Of a stretch of DNA of 32,286 nucleotides, positions 1 to 10,605 are shown piece by piece. Source of the stretch: Smithellaceae bacterium (GTDB taxonomy: Bacteria > Desulfobacterota > Syntrophia > Syntrophales > Smithellaceae); assembly GCA_028701435.1 (NCBI GenBank), contig JAQVQT010000003.1:1-32286 (forward strand). Reading direction: 5' to 3'. Each line of letters opens with the position of its first letter. Positions within the stretch are counted from its first letter, which is position 1. Both the position numbers and the translations under genes were made by a program. The notes under the pieces are model-generated. The model saw nothing but the letters and a program-made list of their open reading frames with translations, was not told where the DNA came from and searched no databases.

Positions 1-1020
1 TTTGACGTGTACCACATCGACGGGATTCGGGTGGACGCGGTCACGTCGATGCTCTATCTGGACTACGCCCGCAATCCGGGCGAATTTGTTCCCAACGAGG
101 ACGGGGGCAATATCGACCGCTCCGCGGTGGCTTTTCTGCAAAAGCTCAATTCCGTGATTCTGACGCGCTACCCCGGTGTCATGACCGTCGCGGAGGAATC
201 GACGGCCTACCCGATGATCACCAAGCCGCCCTACGACGGAGGGTTGGGCTTTTTGTTCAAGTGGAACATGGGCTTCATGCACGATACCCTTCACTACATG
301 TCCATGGATCCGTTCTTCCGCCGGCACCATCACAACAAGCTGACCTTTTCCATGCATTACGCGTTTACGGAGAACTTTATTCTGCCGTATTCCCACGACG
401 AGGTGGTTCACGGCAAAAAATCCCTGCTGGGCAAGATGTACGGCGCCTACGACGAGAAGTTTGCGTCGCTGCGTCTGCTGCTGGGCTTCATGTACGCGCA
501 CCCCGGCAAAAAACTGCTCTTCATGGGCGGCGAGTTCGGGCAATTTATCGAGTGGGATTACCGGAAGGAACTCGACTGGTTTCTGCTGGGGTATGAAAGC
601 CATGACCGGATGCGGCGCTACGTGCAGGCGCTGAACGAGTTTTACAACCGTACCCCGGCGCTCTACGAAATCGACGACGGGTGGGACGGATTTGCCTGGC
701 TCAATGTGAACAACGCAAAGCAAAGCGCCGTGAGTTTTCTGAGGCGTGGCGAGCGTCCGGAAGAGGTCTGCGTGTGCGCCTTCAACTTTACGCCGGTGTC
801 GGTGGAGCGGTTTGTAATCGGCCTGCCGTTTCAAGGAGCGCTGCGGGAGATCTTCAGCAGCGACGAGGCGAGGTTCGGAGGAAGCGGGAACGGCGCGGCG
901 CAGGTCATTCAAGCCGTCCATAAAGAATTTGAAGGACATCCGTATCGTGCGGCCGTAGATCTGCCGCCGCTTGCGGCCGTCTATTTTGAATTGGATTCAA
1001 ATAAAAAGGGTTCGGAATGA
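1..1020 (+). CDS. glgB: 1,4-alpha-glucan branching enzyme, C-terminal ~339 aa (5' end outside window)
   Basis: The reading frame is open from nt 1 ([14 protein letters not shown]...). GH13 blocks [18 protein letters not shown] and [16 protein letters not shown] are colinear with GlgB as I remember it. The stop TGA 1018-1020 overlaps the next ATG (ATGA). Confidence 0.9.
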   Translation, partial: FDVYHIDGIRVDAVTSMLYLDYARNPGEFVPNEDGGNIDRSAVAFLQKLNSVILTRYPGVMTVAEESTAYPMITKPPYDGGLGFLFKWNMGFMHDTLHYMSMDPFFRRHHHNKLTFSMHYAFTENFILPYSHDEVVHGKKSLLGKMYGAYDEKFASLRLLLGFMYAHPGKKLLFMGGEFGQFIEWDYRKELDWFLLGYESHDRMRRYVQALNEFYNRTPALYEIDDGWDGFAWLNVNNAKQSAVSFLRRGERPEEVCVCAFNFTPVSVERFVIGLPFQGALREIFSSDEARFGGSGNGAAQVIQAVHKEFEGHPYRAAVDLPPLAAVYFELDSNKKGSE

Positions 1021-2498
1021 ATAGAGCATTGCAGGAAATTCTGTCTGAAAAAAAGATGAAGACCCCTCCTTCGGTTCTGATGATCGGGGCGGAATGCGCG
1101 CCGTTTGCCAAAACGGGGGGACTGGCGGATGTTATCGGGACGCTGACGAGAGAGTTGAAAACGCTGGGATTCGACGTTCGCCTGATGCTGCCGTTTCATC
1201 GCATCATCAAAGACCGGTACCGGGACCGCGTGCGTCATCTGATCAGCTTCAGCGTGGACATCGGCGGGCGATCCCAGTATGTGGGAATTGAGCAGTTCGA
1301 CTGGGAGGGCATTCCGGTTTATTTTATTGACAACGAGCATTATTTTGGACACGCCATTTACTGCGGCGGCGATTTTGAGGGCGAGCAATACGCGTATATT
1401 TCGAGGGCAGCGATCGAGGCGCTTCCGCTGATCGGCTTTGCGCCCCGCATTCTGCACGTCAATGACTGGCACACGGCGATGATTCCCATGCTGCTCAAGA
1501 CCCAGTACGACCGTCTGCCGCAAGGACGGTGCCGCACCGTTCTCTCCATTCACAACCTCGGCTATCAGGGGCGTTTCCATTTCAGCTTCGTTTCCCATCT
1601 GCTGGGGATCGAGAGCCGCTATCATCATCCGGACTGCATTGAATATCACGGCGACGCGAATTTTTTAAAGGGCGGTATCGTTTACGCGGACAAGCTGGTT
1701 ACGGTCAGCCCGACTTACGCCCGGGAGATCCTGACGGCCTATTACGGCGAAGGGTTGGAGGGAATTTTAGCCACGCGGGCGGACGACCTCACCGGCATTC
1801 TCAACGGGATTGACACCAACGCCTTCAATTCGGCGGCGGACCCGTTCATCCCTTATCCGTATGACGCATCGTCGCTTTCATATAAGAAGAAAAACAAGGA
1901 GGCCCTGATTGCCGAGCTCGGCCTCAACCTTCCTTCCGATGCCCCTCTCATCGGCATGGTAACAAGGCTGACGAAGCAGAAGGGAATTGATTTAATCCTG
2001 CGGGTCTTCGACGAAATCATCGCTGCGGGAGCAGGTTTCGCGCTGATCGGGACGGGCGATCACGCCTATGAAAACTTCTTCCGTGGGGCCGCGCACCGGA
2101 CGGGCGGCAGAGCCGTCGGCGTGACGCAGTTCAATGATCCTCTGGCGCACCGCATCTACGCGGGATGCGATTTTTTCCTGATGCCGTCGCAGTTTGAACC
2201 CTGCGGCCTTTCGCAGATGATCGCGCTGCGCTACGGGACGCTGCCGATTGTCCGGGCGACGGGCGGGCTTCGGGACACGGTTTTTCCCTACAACGAATAC
2301 ACAAACGAAGGAAACGGCTTCACTTTTGAAAACTACAACGCGCACGACATGCTCCATACGATTCGCTATGCGCTGGGCGTTTATGAAAACAAGGAGCGTC
2401 TGGACTCGCTTCGCCTGCGGGCGATGAACCAGGATCTGAGTTTTCAAAAAAGCGCGCTGGCTTACGCGAGGCTGTATGTGGATGCAGCCGGAAAATGA
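1017..2498 (+). CDS. glgA: glycogen synthase (ADP-glucose type)
   Basis: N-terminal [16 protein letters not shown] signature, with C-terminal [15 protein letters not shown] and TGGLRDTV blocks. Length 493 aa. Start 1017 (ATGA overlap with glgB) is preferred; the in-frame ATG at 1056 is an alternative. Confidence 0.9.
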   Translation: MNRALQEILSEKKMKTPPSVLMIGAECAPFAKTGGLADVIGTLTRELKTLGFDVRLMLPFHRIIKDRYRDRVRHLISFSVDIGGRSQYVGIEQFDWEGIPVYFIDNEHYFGHAIYCGGDFEGEQYAYISRAAIEALPLIGFAPRILHVNDWHTAMIPMLLKTQYDRLPQGRCRTVLSIHNLGYQGRFHFSFVSHLLGIESRYHHPDCIEYHGDANFLKGGIVYADKLVTVSPTYAREILTAYYGEGLEGILATRADDLTGILNGIDTNAFNSAADPFIPYPYDASSLSYKKKNKEALIAELGLNLPSDAPLIGMVTRLTKQKGIDLILRVFDEIIAAGAGFALIGTGDHAYENFFRGAAHRTGGRAVGVTQFNDPLAHRIYAGCDFFLMPSQFEPCGLSQMIALRYGTLPIVRATGGLRDTVFPYNEYTNEGNGFTFENYNAHDMLHTIRYALGVYENKERLDSLRLRAMNQDLSFQKSALAYARLYVDAAGK

Positions 2499-2601
2499 GC
2501 CGCGGATTTTCCATTGACAGGCGCCGGGACGTAAAATAAAAGAATTCCCCATTCCGGAGGGAGCGGACCATGCTTCCGATTCCACGATTAAAGGCGAACA
2601 G

Positions 2602-5037
2602 GTGAAAAACAGGATTGCAAAAATAAAGGGAATTATTGAGGGGAAACTGAAACGGCATTACGGCCGCACGCTGGAGAATGCCTCGGACGAGGACATGTTT
2701 CAGGTCACGGCGATGAGCGTCCGCGACATTATGCTGGAGCGGGGAGTCGGGGCCAGCGAAACGGTTAAAAAAAAGGGGCAGAAAACGCTCTGCTATCTTT
2801 CGGCGGAGTTTTTAATGGGTCGGGCCCTGGTGAACAATCTCATCAATCTCGGCCTGCTTACGGAGTACCGGGCCGTGATGGCGGAGATCGGCTATCCTTT
2901 TGAAAAACTCGAAGAGCAGGAAATGGAAGCGGCGCTGGGCAATGGAGGCCTGGGGCGGCTGGCGGCCTGCTTTCTGGATTCGCTTTCCACGCTGAATCTG
3001 CCGGTGACGGGTTACGGCATCCGCTACGAATACGGAATGTTCCGCCAGCACATCGTGGATGGGCAGCAGACGGAAGTTCCGGACGACTGGACGGCGAAGG
3101 GCGACATCTGGGAAGTCGAACGCCGCGAGGAACAGGTGGAGGTTCATTTTGACGGCACGGTGGAGGAGGTGTGGACGGACAACGGGATGACCTGCGAGCA
3201 CAGGGATTACCAGACCGTACTCGCGGTGCCCCACGACATGCCGGTCATCGGCTATGACAGCCACACGCCGGCGACGCTTCGGCTCTGGCGGGCGGAATGT
3301 CCGTCCGGTTTTGACCTTCACTCGTTCAACAAAGGCGATTTTGTCTGCATGGTGCGTCAGAAAGAGCTGGCCGAGTCGATTTCCAAGGTGCTGTATCCCC
3401 AGGACAACCACATGACCGGGCGCATGCTGCGTCTGCGGCAGTATTATTTTCTGGCTTCCGCCACGATGCAGTGCATCGTCCGCGAACACAAGAAGCGCTT
3501 TGGTGACGTGCGTACGCTGTCCGATAAAATCGTCATTCAGATCAATGATTTACATCCGGCGCTGGCTATTCCCGAGCTGATTCGTATTCTGATCGACGAA
3601 GAGGACCTGGGATGGGATGACGCCTACGCCATGGCCGGCCGCGTGTTCAACTACACCAATCATACCGTCATGCAGGAGGCTCTGGCGGCCTGGCCCGAAC
3701 ACGTGCTTCGGACGATGCTGCCGCGCGTATACGCAATCGTTTCCGAAATTTCCGAGCGTTTCAGCCGGCATCTGTGGAAAATCTTTTCCCAGGACCGCGA
3801 AAAAATCAACCGCCTCGCCGTCATTGCGGACGACGAAGTCCGCATGGCCAATCTCTGCGTGGCGGTCTGCCACAGGGTCAACGGCGTTTCGCAGCTTCAC
3901 GGCCGGATTCTGAAGACGCGGACCTTTCGGGATTTCTACGTGATGTTTCCCGGCAAATTTACCGCCGTCACCAACGGCATCACCCAGCGGCGCTGGCTGG
4001 CCGCGGCGAACCCCGACCTGTGCGCGCTGATTTCCGACCATATCGGCGATAAATTTCTACGGGACTACAACGAACTGGAGCGGCTCAACCCGCTGGCCGA
4101 CAAGCCGCGGTTTCTGGCCGATTTCGCGGAAGTCAAGCGCGGCAACAAGCGGCGTCTGGCCGAACAGGTGGCCAAACAGCAGGGCATTGTCCTTGACCCC
4201 GACTCGGTCTTTGACGTGCAGGCCAAAAGGCTGCATGAATACAAGCGCCAGATGTTGAAAGTGCTGCACATTTTATATTTGTACAACTGCTTTACCTCCG
4301 ACGCGGGGTATGCGCTGCCCCGGCCGGTGACATTTTTGTTTGCCGCCAAGGCTTCGCCGGCCTACTGGCGGGCCAAGAGCATCATTCGGCTCATCAATGC
4401 CGCGGCCGCTTTGGTGGAGTCGCATCCCCGCACTCGGGATAATATTCGCGTTGCATTTCTGGAAAATTATAACGTCTCCCTGGCCGAACGACTGATTCCC
4501 GCGGCGGATATCAGCGAACAGATTTCCACGGCGGGGTATGAAGCCTCCGGCACGGGCAATATGAAATTCATGCTCAACGGTGCGGTGACGCTCGGAACCA
4601 TGGACGGCGCGAATGTGGAAATCTTTGAAAGGGTGGGGCAGGACAACATCTTCATTTTTGGCGCAAGCGCCGAAGAAATCGACCGAATGGAAACCGACAA
4701 CAGCTATCGTCCAAAGGATCTCTTTGACCACAACGAGGACATTCGCGCGGCCGTTTCCCGTTTGGTGGACGGAACGCTGCCCGGCGTCGCGCCGGACCAG
4801 TTTCAGGATCTTTACCAGTCGTTGCTATTCGGAGATTATGACCGCGCCGACCGTTACTTTCTGCTTTACGATTTTGATGCCTATCGCACTGCGTTCGAAA
4901 ATGTGCTCGCGGCTTACACGGATGAACCGGCCTGGACGAAAAGGGCCGTGATCAACACAGCCGGCGCTGGATTTTTCAGCGCGGATCGGACCATTGACGA
5001 ATACAACCGGCAGATCTGGGGGCTTCGGCCCATCTGA
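2602..5037 (+). CDS. glgP: glycogen / maltodextrin phosphorylase
   Basis: 811 aa. GNGGLGRLAACFLDS block near the N-terminus and the pyridoxal-phosphate lysine block EASGTGNMKFMLNGA. GTG start at 2602 preceded by AAGG. Confidence 0.9.
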   Translation: MKNRIAKIKGIIEGKLKRHYGRTLENASDEDMFQVTAMSVRDIMLERGVGASETVKKKGQKTLCYLSAEFLMGRALVNNLINLGLLTEYRAVMAEIGYPFEKLEEQEMEAALGNGGLGRLAACFLDSLSTLNLPVTGYGIRYEYGMFRQHIVDGQQTEVPDDWTAKGDIWEVERREEQVEVHFDGTVEEVWTDNGMTCEHRDYQTVLAVPHDMPVIGYDSHTPATLRLWRAECPSGFDLHSFNKGDFVCMVRQKELAESISKVLYPQDNHMTGRMLRLRQYYFLASATMQCIVREHKKRFGDVRTLSDKIVIQINDLHPALAIPELIRILIDEEDLGWDDAYAMAGRVFNYTNHTVMQEALAAWPEHVLRTMLPRVYAIVSEISERFSRHLWKIFSQDREKINRLAVIADDEVRMANLCVAVCHRVNGVSQLHGRILKTRTFRDFYVMFPGKFTAVTNGITQRRWLAAANPDLCALISDHIGDKFLRDYNELERLNPLADKPRFLADFAEVKRGNKRRLAEQVAKQQGIVLDPDSVFDVQAKRLHEYKRQMLKVLHILYLYNCFTSDAGYALPRPVTFLFAAKASPAYWRAKSIIRLINAAAALVESHPRTRDNIRVAFLENYNVSLAERLIPAADISEQISTAGYEASGTGNMKFMLNGAVTLGTMDGANVEIFERVGQDNIFIFGASAEEIDRMETDNSYRPKDLFDHNEDIRAAVSRLVDGTLPGVAPDQFQDLYQSLLFGDYDRADRYFLLYDFDAYRTAFENVLAAYTDEPAWTKRAVINTAGAGFFSADRTIDEYNRQIWGLRPI

Positions 5038-5073
5038 TGTGCGCAAACTGAAGTGCATAAAAGGACGGCGGCG

Positions 5074-7074
5074 ATGCTGATCAACTACAAAAAGGAAATG
5101 ATGCACGATTCGACGATGCCGGAATACCGAGACCCGGCAGGGGCTGTCGTCGTGGGCACGCCGGTTGTCCTGCGCTTTCGGACAAAGCTGGAAAATGTGG
5201 AAAGCGTCTATCTGTGCCTGATCGGAGAAGGCTTTCACGAAGATCATCTGATGCGGCTTGAGGGCGATGTCTGGCAGACGGAAATCACCGCGCCTTCGGT
5301 TCCCGATGTGTACTGGTATTATTTCATGGTCCGCGTAGGGGGAAGGCTCAGTTATTACGGCGCCGCATCGGGACGAACCGGCGGCATCGGCGCCGTTTAC
5401 AGCGCGCCGCCGCCCGCGTATCAGTTGACCGTTTACGATGCCGCTTTTGAGGTTCCCGGTTGGTTTCAGAAAAGCGTGATGTATCAGATTTTCCCCGATC
5501 GTTTTCAACCCGGCTGCGATTCGACGGCAAAGAAGGGCATTGCGTATCACCGCTCCAAAGGCCGCAGCGTCTATTTTCACGGCACGTGGGACGAACAACC
5601 GCTGTACACCCCTCTGCCGGGGGAAACAGCCTACAATCCCTGTGATTACTTTGGAGGCACGCTGAGCGGCATCGAGGCGTCACTGGACTATCTGCAAAGC
5701 CTTGGCGTGACCGTGTTGTATTTGAATCCGATCTTTGAGGCGGCGTCCAACCACCGCTACAATACCGCCGACTATTTCCGCATCGATCCGGTGCTGGGCT
5801 CGGAGGAGGATTTCCGGTCTCTGTGCCGCGCGGCCGAAGAAAGAGGTATGCGCATTCTTCTGGACGGCGTGTTTTCCCACACCGGCTCCGACAGCATCTA
5901 CTTTAACCGGGAAAACGCGTATGACTCTCCGGGCGCCGCCAACCGTCCGGATTCTCCCTACTACACCTGGTACACGTTTGAGCGTTATCCCGATCAATAC
6001 CGCTGCTGGTGGGGGTTTGAGTCTCTGCCCGAAATCAACAAGCAGGATCCGGGATGGCAGCGATACGTCATCACCGGCGAGGACAGTGTCGTGAAGCACT
6101 GGCTTCGGGCGGGAGCGTCAGGCTACCGCCTCGACGTGGCCGACGAGTTGCCCGACGAGGTGCTGGCAAAGATTTACGCCGCGGCAAAACAGACCCGGCC
6201 GGAAGCGGTGATGATCGGCGAGGTCTGGGAAGACGCGACCACGAAGCACAGCTATGGCGTAAAAAGGCGCTACGCGCTGGGAAACCTTCTGGACTCCGTC
6301 ACGAATTACCCGCTGCGCAGCGCCCTGATCGCTTTTCTGAAGGGCCAGTCCGACGCCTTTGACCTGAAGCATTTCCTGGTGGATCAGGCGGCCAATTATC
6401 CCGCTCCCCTTTACTACGCCCTGACCAATCTTCTTTCCTCCCACGACGTGGAGCGCGTGCGCACCGCGCTGAGCGCGCGCATCGATCCGCATCAGTTGAC
6501 CCGGGAGCAGCAGGCTTCCTTTGTCGTCAGCGACAGCCAGAACAAAAAAGGCGCGAGGCGCCAGCGTCTGGCCGCTGTGCTGCAGTTCTGCCTTCCCGGT
6601 GTTCCCTGCGTCTATTACGGAGACGAAAAAGGCATGACCGGTTTTCTCGATCCCTTCAACCGCGCGCCTTTTACCCGGAAAGCGCCGTACGACCTTACGG
6701 AAGAATACCGAAGTCTGGCCGGGCTGCGCAAATCGGCGGACGCGCTGCAGACGGGCCGCGTGGTGTACTTCGCCCCAGATGCCGACTGTCTCGGCGTGCT
6801 GCGCTACATCACCGGAGGAAAAGACGCTTTGGGCCGGCCGGCCGAGGACGGCGTCTATTTCATGGCGGTCAACCGTTCGGACGCGCGGCGGCTGGTAGTT
6901 TTTGATTTTGCGGGAAAGCATTCGCTTTTTTGCGAAGAGGATCAGCGAAGTCTGCGCCCGCTGTTCAACGGCGCTTTCACCTGCCGGTTGACGCAAAAGT
7001 CCTTCACGTTTACCGATGCGCTTTTGGAAATTTCGCTGGATCCCCTGGGCGCTGTGTGGCTGAAGATCGCCTGA
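5074..7074 (+). CDS. glycoside hydrolase family 13 enzyme (neopullulanase / maltogenic-amylase-like alpha-glycosidase)
   Basis: GH13 conserved regions I-IV are readable as LLDGVFSHTG, GYRLDVADEL, MIGEVWED and LLSSHDVERV, preceded by a ~130-aa N-terminal domain. ATG 5074 has AAGGA 8 nt upstream. The ORF-track start at 5053 is a GTG without an SD. Exact substrate specificity cannot be read from the sequence. Confidence 0.8.
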   Translation: MLINYKKEMMHDSTMPEYRDPAGAVVVGTPVVLRFRTKLENVESVYLCLIGEGFHEDHLMRLEGDVWQTEITAPSVPDVYWYYFMVRVGGRLSYYGAASGRTGGIGAVYSAPPPAYQLTVYDAAFEVPGWFQKSVMYQIFPDRFQPGCDSTAKKGIAYHRSKGRSVYFHGTWDEQPLYTPLPGETAYNPCDYFGGTLSGIEASLDYLQSLGVTVLYLNPIFEAASNHRYNTADYFRIDPVLGSEEDFRSLCRAAEERGMRILLDGVFSHTGSDSIYFNRENAYDSPGAANRPDSPYYTWYTFERYPDQYRCWWGFESLPEINKQDPGWQRYVITGEDSVVKHWLRAGASGYRLDVADELPDEVLAKIYAAAKQTRPEAVMIGEVWEDATTKHSYGVKRRYALGNLLDSVTNYPLRSALIAFLKGQSDAFDLKHFLVDQAANYPAPLYYALTNLLSSHDVERVRTALSARIDPHQLTREQQASFVVSDSQNKKGARRQRLAAVLQFCLPGVPCVYYGDEKGMTGFLDPFNRAPFTRKAPYDLTEEYRSLAGLRKSADALQTGRVVYFAPDADCLGVLRYITGGKDALGRPAEDGVYFMAVNRSDARRLVVFDFAGKHSLFCEEDQRSLRPLFNGAFTCRLTQKSFTFTDALLEISLDPLGAVWLKIA

Positions 7075-7122
7075 AGGGTGCGAAGCGCCTGGAGCGGGAA
7101 CCAATCAAAAGGGAGAGGTATT

Positions 7123-8817
7123 ATGACATACCGGGAAACCTATTTGCGCTGGAGAGAATGCGTTACACAACCGGATCTGCTGGCCGAGTTGGAGTCCATC
7201 CGGGACGATGACGCACAGATTCAGGACCGCTTCCTGAGAGACCTGCCGTTTGGAACGGCGGGGCTGCGCGGCGTGATCGGCGCGGGCATCGCCCGAATGA
7301 ACCGCTATGTCGTCGGCCGGGCGACGCAGGGACTGGCGGACTATCTGCTGACCCATGACAGGGCAGGGGCGTCCGCGGTGATTGCGTACGATTCCCGCCG
7401 GTTTTCCTTTGAATTTGCCCGCGAAACCGCCTGTGTGCTGGCGGCCAACGGCATTACGGTTTACCTGTTCAAACAGTTGACGAGCGTTCCGGAGCTGTCC
7501 TTTGCCGTGCGCCACCTGAAAGCGAGCGGGGGCGTCGTGATCACGGCAAGCCATAATCCCGGACAGTACAACGGCTACAAGGTTTATGCCGCCTACGGCG
7601 GGCAGTTGGGTCCGAAGGCGAGCCTCGCGGTGATGGAGCGCATTCAAAAGCTGGATCCCTTCACGGATGTGAAAAGGATCCCCTATGCTGAAGGGGTGGA
7701 AGAAAAGCGGATTATCGAAATCGGCGAAGAAATCGATCGGATCTATTATGAACAGATGGTCCGGTTGTGCGGAGCGGAAAACGCCGAAGAGCTGAAAGTG
7801 GTCTATACACCGCTGCACGGATCGGGGCTGCGCACGGTTGAAAATGTGTTCCCGATGGCGGGGATTCGCAACCTGTTTGTCGTCCCCGAGCAGCGAATGC
7901 CGGACGGTTCGTTCCCGACGGTCGCGTCTCCCAATCCCGAAGATTCACAAGCGATGGAGATGGCCATCGCTCTGGCCGGACGGATGGAGGCGGATCTGGC
8001 CATCGGCACGGATCCGGACGCGGACCGGATGGGCGCCGCCGTCCGTCGGCCGGACGGCACATACAAGATGCTGACGGGCAACCAGATCGGCTGCCTGCTG
8101 ATTGATTATCTTCTGGAAAAGCGCCGCCTGTCCGGTGAGCTTCGTCCGTCCGACTACATCGTCAAGTCATTTGTTTCAACCCGCATGGCGGACGCGATCG
8201 CCGCTCATTACGGAATTCGCTGCCACACGGTGCTTACGGGATTTCGCTTTATCTCCGAACTCATCGTGCAAAAGGAGCCCACCGGCGCGGAGTTTATTTT
8301 CGGGTTTGAAGAGAGCTTCGGGTTTCTGGCCGGCACATTCGCGATGGACAAGGACGGGGCGCTCGCCGCGCTGCTCTTGTGCAAGGCGGCCCAGTTCTTC
8401 CGGGCCCGCGGCCAGCGTCTGCCCGACGCGCTGGAAGCGCTTTACCGGGAGCACGGCTATTATCTGGAAAGCGTGAAGAACATCGCTTTTGAAGGTCTGG
8501 ACGGCATGGAGAAAATGAAAGGCATCATGGAGCGGCTGAGGGCCAAACCCATTGCCGCGATCGGCGGTCTGCCCGTCCGGTTTACGGAGGACTACCTGTC
8601 GCTTACCCGCACCGGTCACGATGGAGCCGTTTCGGTGTTGGAACTGCCGCCCACGGACGCGCTCCGGCTCTTGCTGGATTCCGATGCGTGGCTCTGTATC
8701 CGTCCGTCCGGGACGGAGCCGAAGATCAAGATCTACTACGCGGTTTCGGCTGCATCGCGCCAGACGGCGGAAAATCAGCTTCAGGACATTGCCGAAGACT
8801 TTGAACAGCTTTTGTAA
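7123..8817 (+). CDS. pgm: phosphoglucomutase / phosphomannomutase (alpha-D-phosphohexomutase family)
   Basis: All four family loops are present: TASHNPGQYNGYKVY (phosphoserine), GTDPDADRMG (Mg), GFEESFGF (sugar) and RPSGTEPKIKIY (phosphate). ATG 7123 follows GGAGAGG. The ORF-track start 7078 adds 15 aa without an SD. Confidence 0.85.
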   Translation: MTYRETYLRWRECVTQPDLLAELESIRDDDAQIQDRFLRDLPFGTAGLRGVIGAGIARMNRYVVGRATQGLADYLLTHDRAGASAVIAYDSRRFSFEFARETACVLAANGITVYLFKQLTSVPELSFAVRHLKASGGVVITASHNPGQYNGYKVYAAYGGQLGPKASLAVMERIQKLDPFTDVKRIPYAEGVEEKRIIEIGEEIDRIYYEQMVRLCGAENAEELKVVYTPLHGSGLRTVENVFPMAGIRNLFVVPEQRMPDGSFPTVASPNPEDSQAMEMAIALAGRMEADLAIGTDPDADRMGAAVRRPDGTYKMLTGNQIGCLLIDYLLEKRRLSGELRPSDYIVKSFVSTRMADAIAAHYGIRCHTVLTGFRFISELIVQKEPTGAEFIFGFEESFGFLAGTFAMDKDGALAALLLCKAAQFFRARGQRLPDALEALYREHGYYLESVKNIAFEGLDGMEKMKGIMERLRAKPIAAIGGLPVRFTEDYLSLTRTGHDGAVSVLELPPTDALRLLLDSDAWLCIRPSGTEPKIKIYYAVSAASRQTAENQLQDIAEDFEQLL

Positions 8818-8859
8818 AATCCGAATGCGGGCGGAGCATGTGGACGCGCCCGCCGCAAA

Positions 8860-10170
8860 TCAGTAAATGGCGATGACCCCGAACATGAGGTTCTGTCCCA
8901 TCATTTCCGGCGTCACCAGCACGATTCCCTCTTCACTGATATGGAAACGCCGGGCATCTTCGGCCGGATCTTCGCCGATGACGGTGTCGTCGGGAATGCG
9001 GGTTCCCTTGTCGATGATGGCGCGGTTGATGCGGCAGTTTTTTCCGATGTAGGCCATGGGGAGGACAACGCTGTCTTTCACGAGGCTTCCCGTTTCGATG
9101 CGGGTCGCGTAAAAAATGACCGAGCGCTTGACGCGGGCGCCGGCGATGATGCAGCCGCCGCTGACCAGCGAGTTGATGGCTTCGCCGCGGCGTCCTTCGT
9201 CGTCAAAGATGAACTTTGCCGGCGGATGCTGCGTCTGGTGCGTCCAGATCGGCCACCGCTGATCATACAGATTCAGCTCCGGTTCGATGGCGCAAAGCTC
9301 CATATTCGCCTTCCAGTAAGCGTCCACCGTGCCCACATCCCGCCAGTAGGCCATCGTTCCCTTTTCGTTGCGGTAGGGATACGCCACGGCCACGCTGCTG
9401 TGGATGGCGCGGGGAATGATGCTTCTGCCGAAGTCATGGGCGGAGTTTTCATCTTTGGCGTCTTCAATGAGGGAATCGTACAAAAAGCGGGTGGAGAAGA
9501 CGTAAATTCCCATGGAGGCGAGCGCCGTGTCCGGCTTGCCGGGCATGGGCTCGGGGTCGGCCGGCTTTTCGGTGAAGCGGGAAATGCGCATGTTTTCATC
9601 GACCGACATGACGCCGAAATCGCGAGCTTCCATGCGCGGCACTTCGATGCAGGCCACCGTCATATCGGCCTTTGAGTCGACGTGCTGCATCAGCATCTTG
9701 GAGTAATCCATCGTGTAGATGTGGTCGCCGCCCAGCACCAGAATATATTCCGGCAGGTGGCGGTGAATGATGTCGATATTCTGGTAGAGCGCGTCGGCCG
9801 TTCCGCGGTACCATTCCTTGCCCATGCGCTGCTGGGCCGGAATGATCTCCACGAACTCGCCGATTTCGGCGCGCATGAAGCTCCAGGCCTGCTGCAAGTG
9901 GCGGATCAGCGAATGCGCTTTGTACTGCGTCAGCACGCCGATGCGGCGCAGGCCGGAATTGACGCAGTTCGACAGCGGAAAATCGATCATGCGGTATTTG
10001 CCGCCGAAAGGAACCGCCGGCTTGGCGCGCCACTTGGTCAGCTCTCCCAGGCGGGAACCCTCGCCGCCCGCGAGGATCAGCACCAGCGTCTGGCGCGTCA
10101 CCTCCGTGGCAATCTTGGTTTTTACGTAGCCGTAGTAATTCTGTCCGTCCGATTCTTTGATTGCGCCCAT
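8860..10170 (-). CDS. glgC: glucose-1-phosphate adenylyltransferase
   Basis: [27 protein letters not shown] nucleotide-binding block, a [17 protein letters not shown] block resembling E. coli GlgC, and a C-terminal hexapeptide-repeat-like region. 436 aa, convergent with pgm. Confidence 0.9.
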   Translation of the reverse strand: MGAIKESDGQNYYGYVKTKIATEVTRQTLVLILAGGEGSRLGELTKWRAKPAVPFGGKYRMIDFPLSNCVNSGLRRIGVLTQYKAHSLIRHLQQAWSFMRAEIGEFVEIIPAQQRMGKEWYRGTADALYQNIDIIHRHLPEYILVLGGDHIYTMDYSKMLMQHVDSKADMTVACIEVPRMEARDFGVMSVDENMRISRFTEKPADPEPMPGKPDTALASMGIYVFSTRFLYDSLIEDAKDENSAHDFGRSIIPRAIHSSVAVAYPYRNEKGTMAYWRDVGTVDAYWKANMELCAIEPELNLYDQRWPIWTHQTQHPPAKFIFDDEGRRGEAINSLVSGGCIIAGARVKRSVIFYATRIETGSLVKDSVVLPMAYIGKNCRINRAIIDKGTRIPDDTVIGEDPAEDARRFHISEEGIVLVTPEMMGQNLMFGVIAIY

Positions 10171-10218
10171 GATCCTTCAACCTCAGTCTAAGTTCGTCTG
10201 ATCAAGGAAAATGCAAAT

Positions 10219-10437
10219 CTACAATTTATATTTTTCTTTAATTGTTTTTTCGGCTTTAAACCAGTCGGCCATTTCATCGCCGGCGACGCCGGAGCGAAGT
10301 CTTTCCTGGTAAAGCTCGTAAGCTTTTTGTTGAACCTCTTCCAGAAATTCTTTCAGGTCGGGTTTGATGGTCTTTTTGGCCGCGGGCGCGGCTTTTTTGA
10401 CCGTGCGTTTTTTAGCGGTTTCTTTTTTGACCGGCAT
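10219..10437 (-). CDS. small basic protein: Lys/Ala-rich N-terminal tail plus DUF2934-like C-terminal segment
   Basis: 72 aa. The N-terminus PVKKETAKKRTVKKAAPAAKKTIKP is histone-H1-like in composition. The C-terminus QQKAYELYQERL...DEMADWFKAEK matches my memory of the DUF2934 pattern (AYxLWexRG...DWxxAE). 48 nt upstream of glgC on the same strand. Confidence 0.55.
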   Translation of the reverse strand: MPVKKETAKKRTVKKAAPAAKKTIKPDLKEFLEEVQQKAYELYQERLRSGVAGDEMADWFKAEKTIKEKYKL

Positions 10438-10605
10438 GATGGCCTCCTTGGTTGATGTCGTCAGTTATTCTTTAAATAGCACTTTTGCAAGCAGGCCGTC
10501 AATGCCTGTATTTTGCTTGCCATGGACCATTTTTCTGTGTATGAGAAAACCAATTGGATAAACCAATGATGTTTTTGAAATCACTCACGGTAAGGCGGGA
10601 AATCC

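Noticed and set aside
2514-2542. TTGACA-17 nt-TAAAAG promoter-like match between glgA and glgP
   Set aside because: The -10 matches only 4/6, with no supporting context. It could be an internal promoter, but that cannot be supported from sequence alone.
8827-8853. 7-bp GC stem (GCGGGCG / CGCCCGC) between the convergent pgm and glgC genes
   Set aside because: The loop is 13 nt and there is no T- or A-tract on either side. It may help termination but does not meet intrinsic-terminator criteria.
8818-8859. Suspicion of a chimeric assembly junction between the glycogen genes on the plus strand and the glgC side
   Set aside because: Both sides encode the same pathway, base composition is similar across the junction, and the convergent arrangement is biologically sensible.
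10438-10605. Sigma54 promoter (TGGCAC-N5-TTGC) searched for here and in 25354-25609
   Set aside because: No GG-N10-GC match with flanking consensus was found on either strand.
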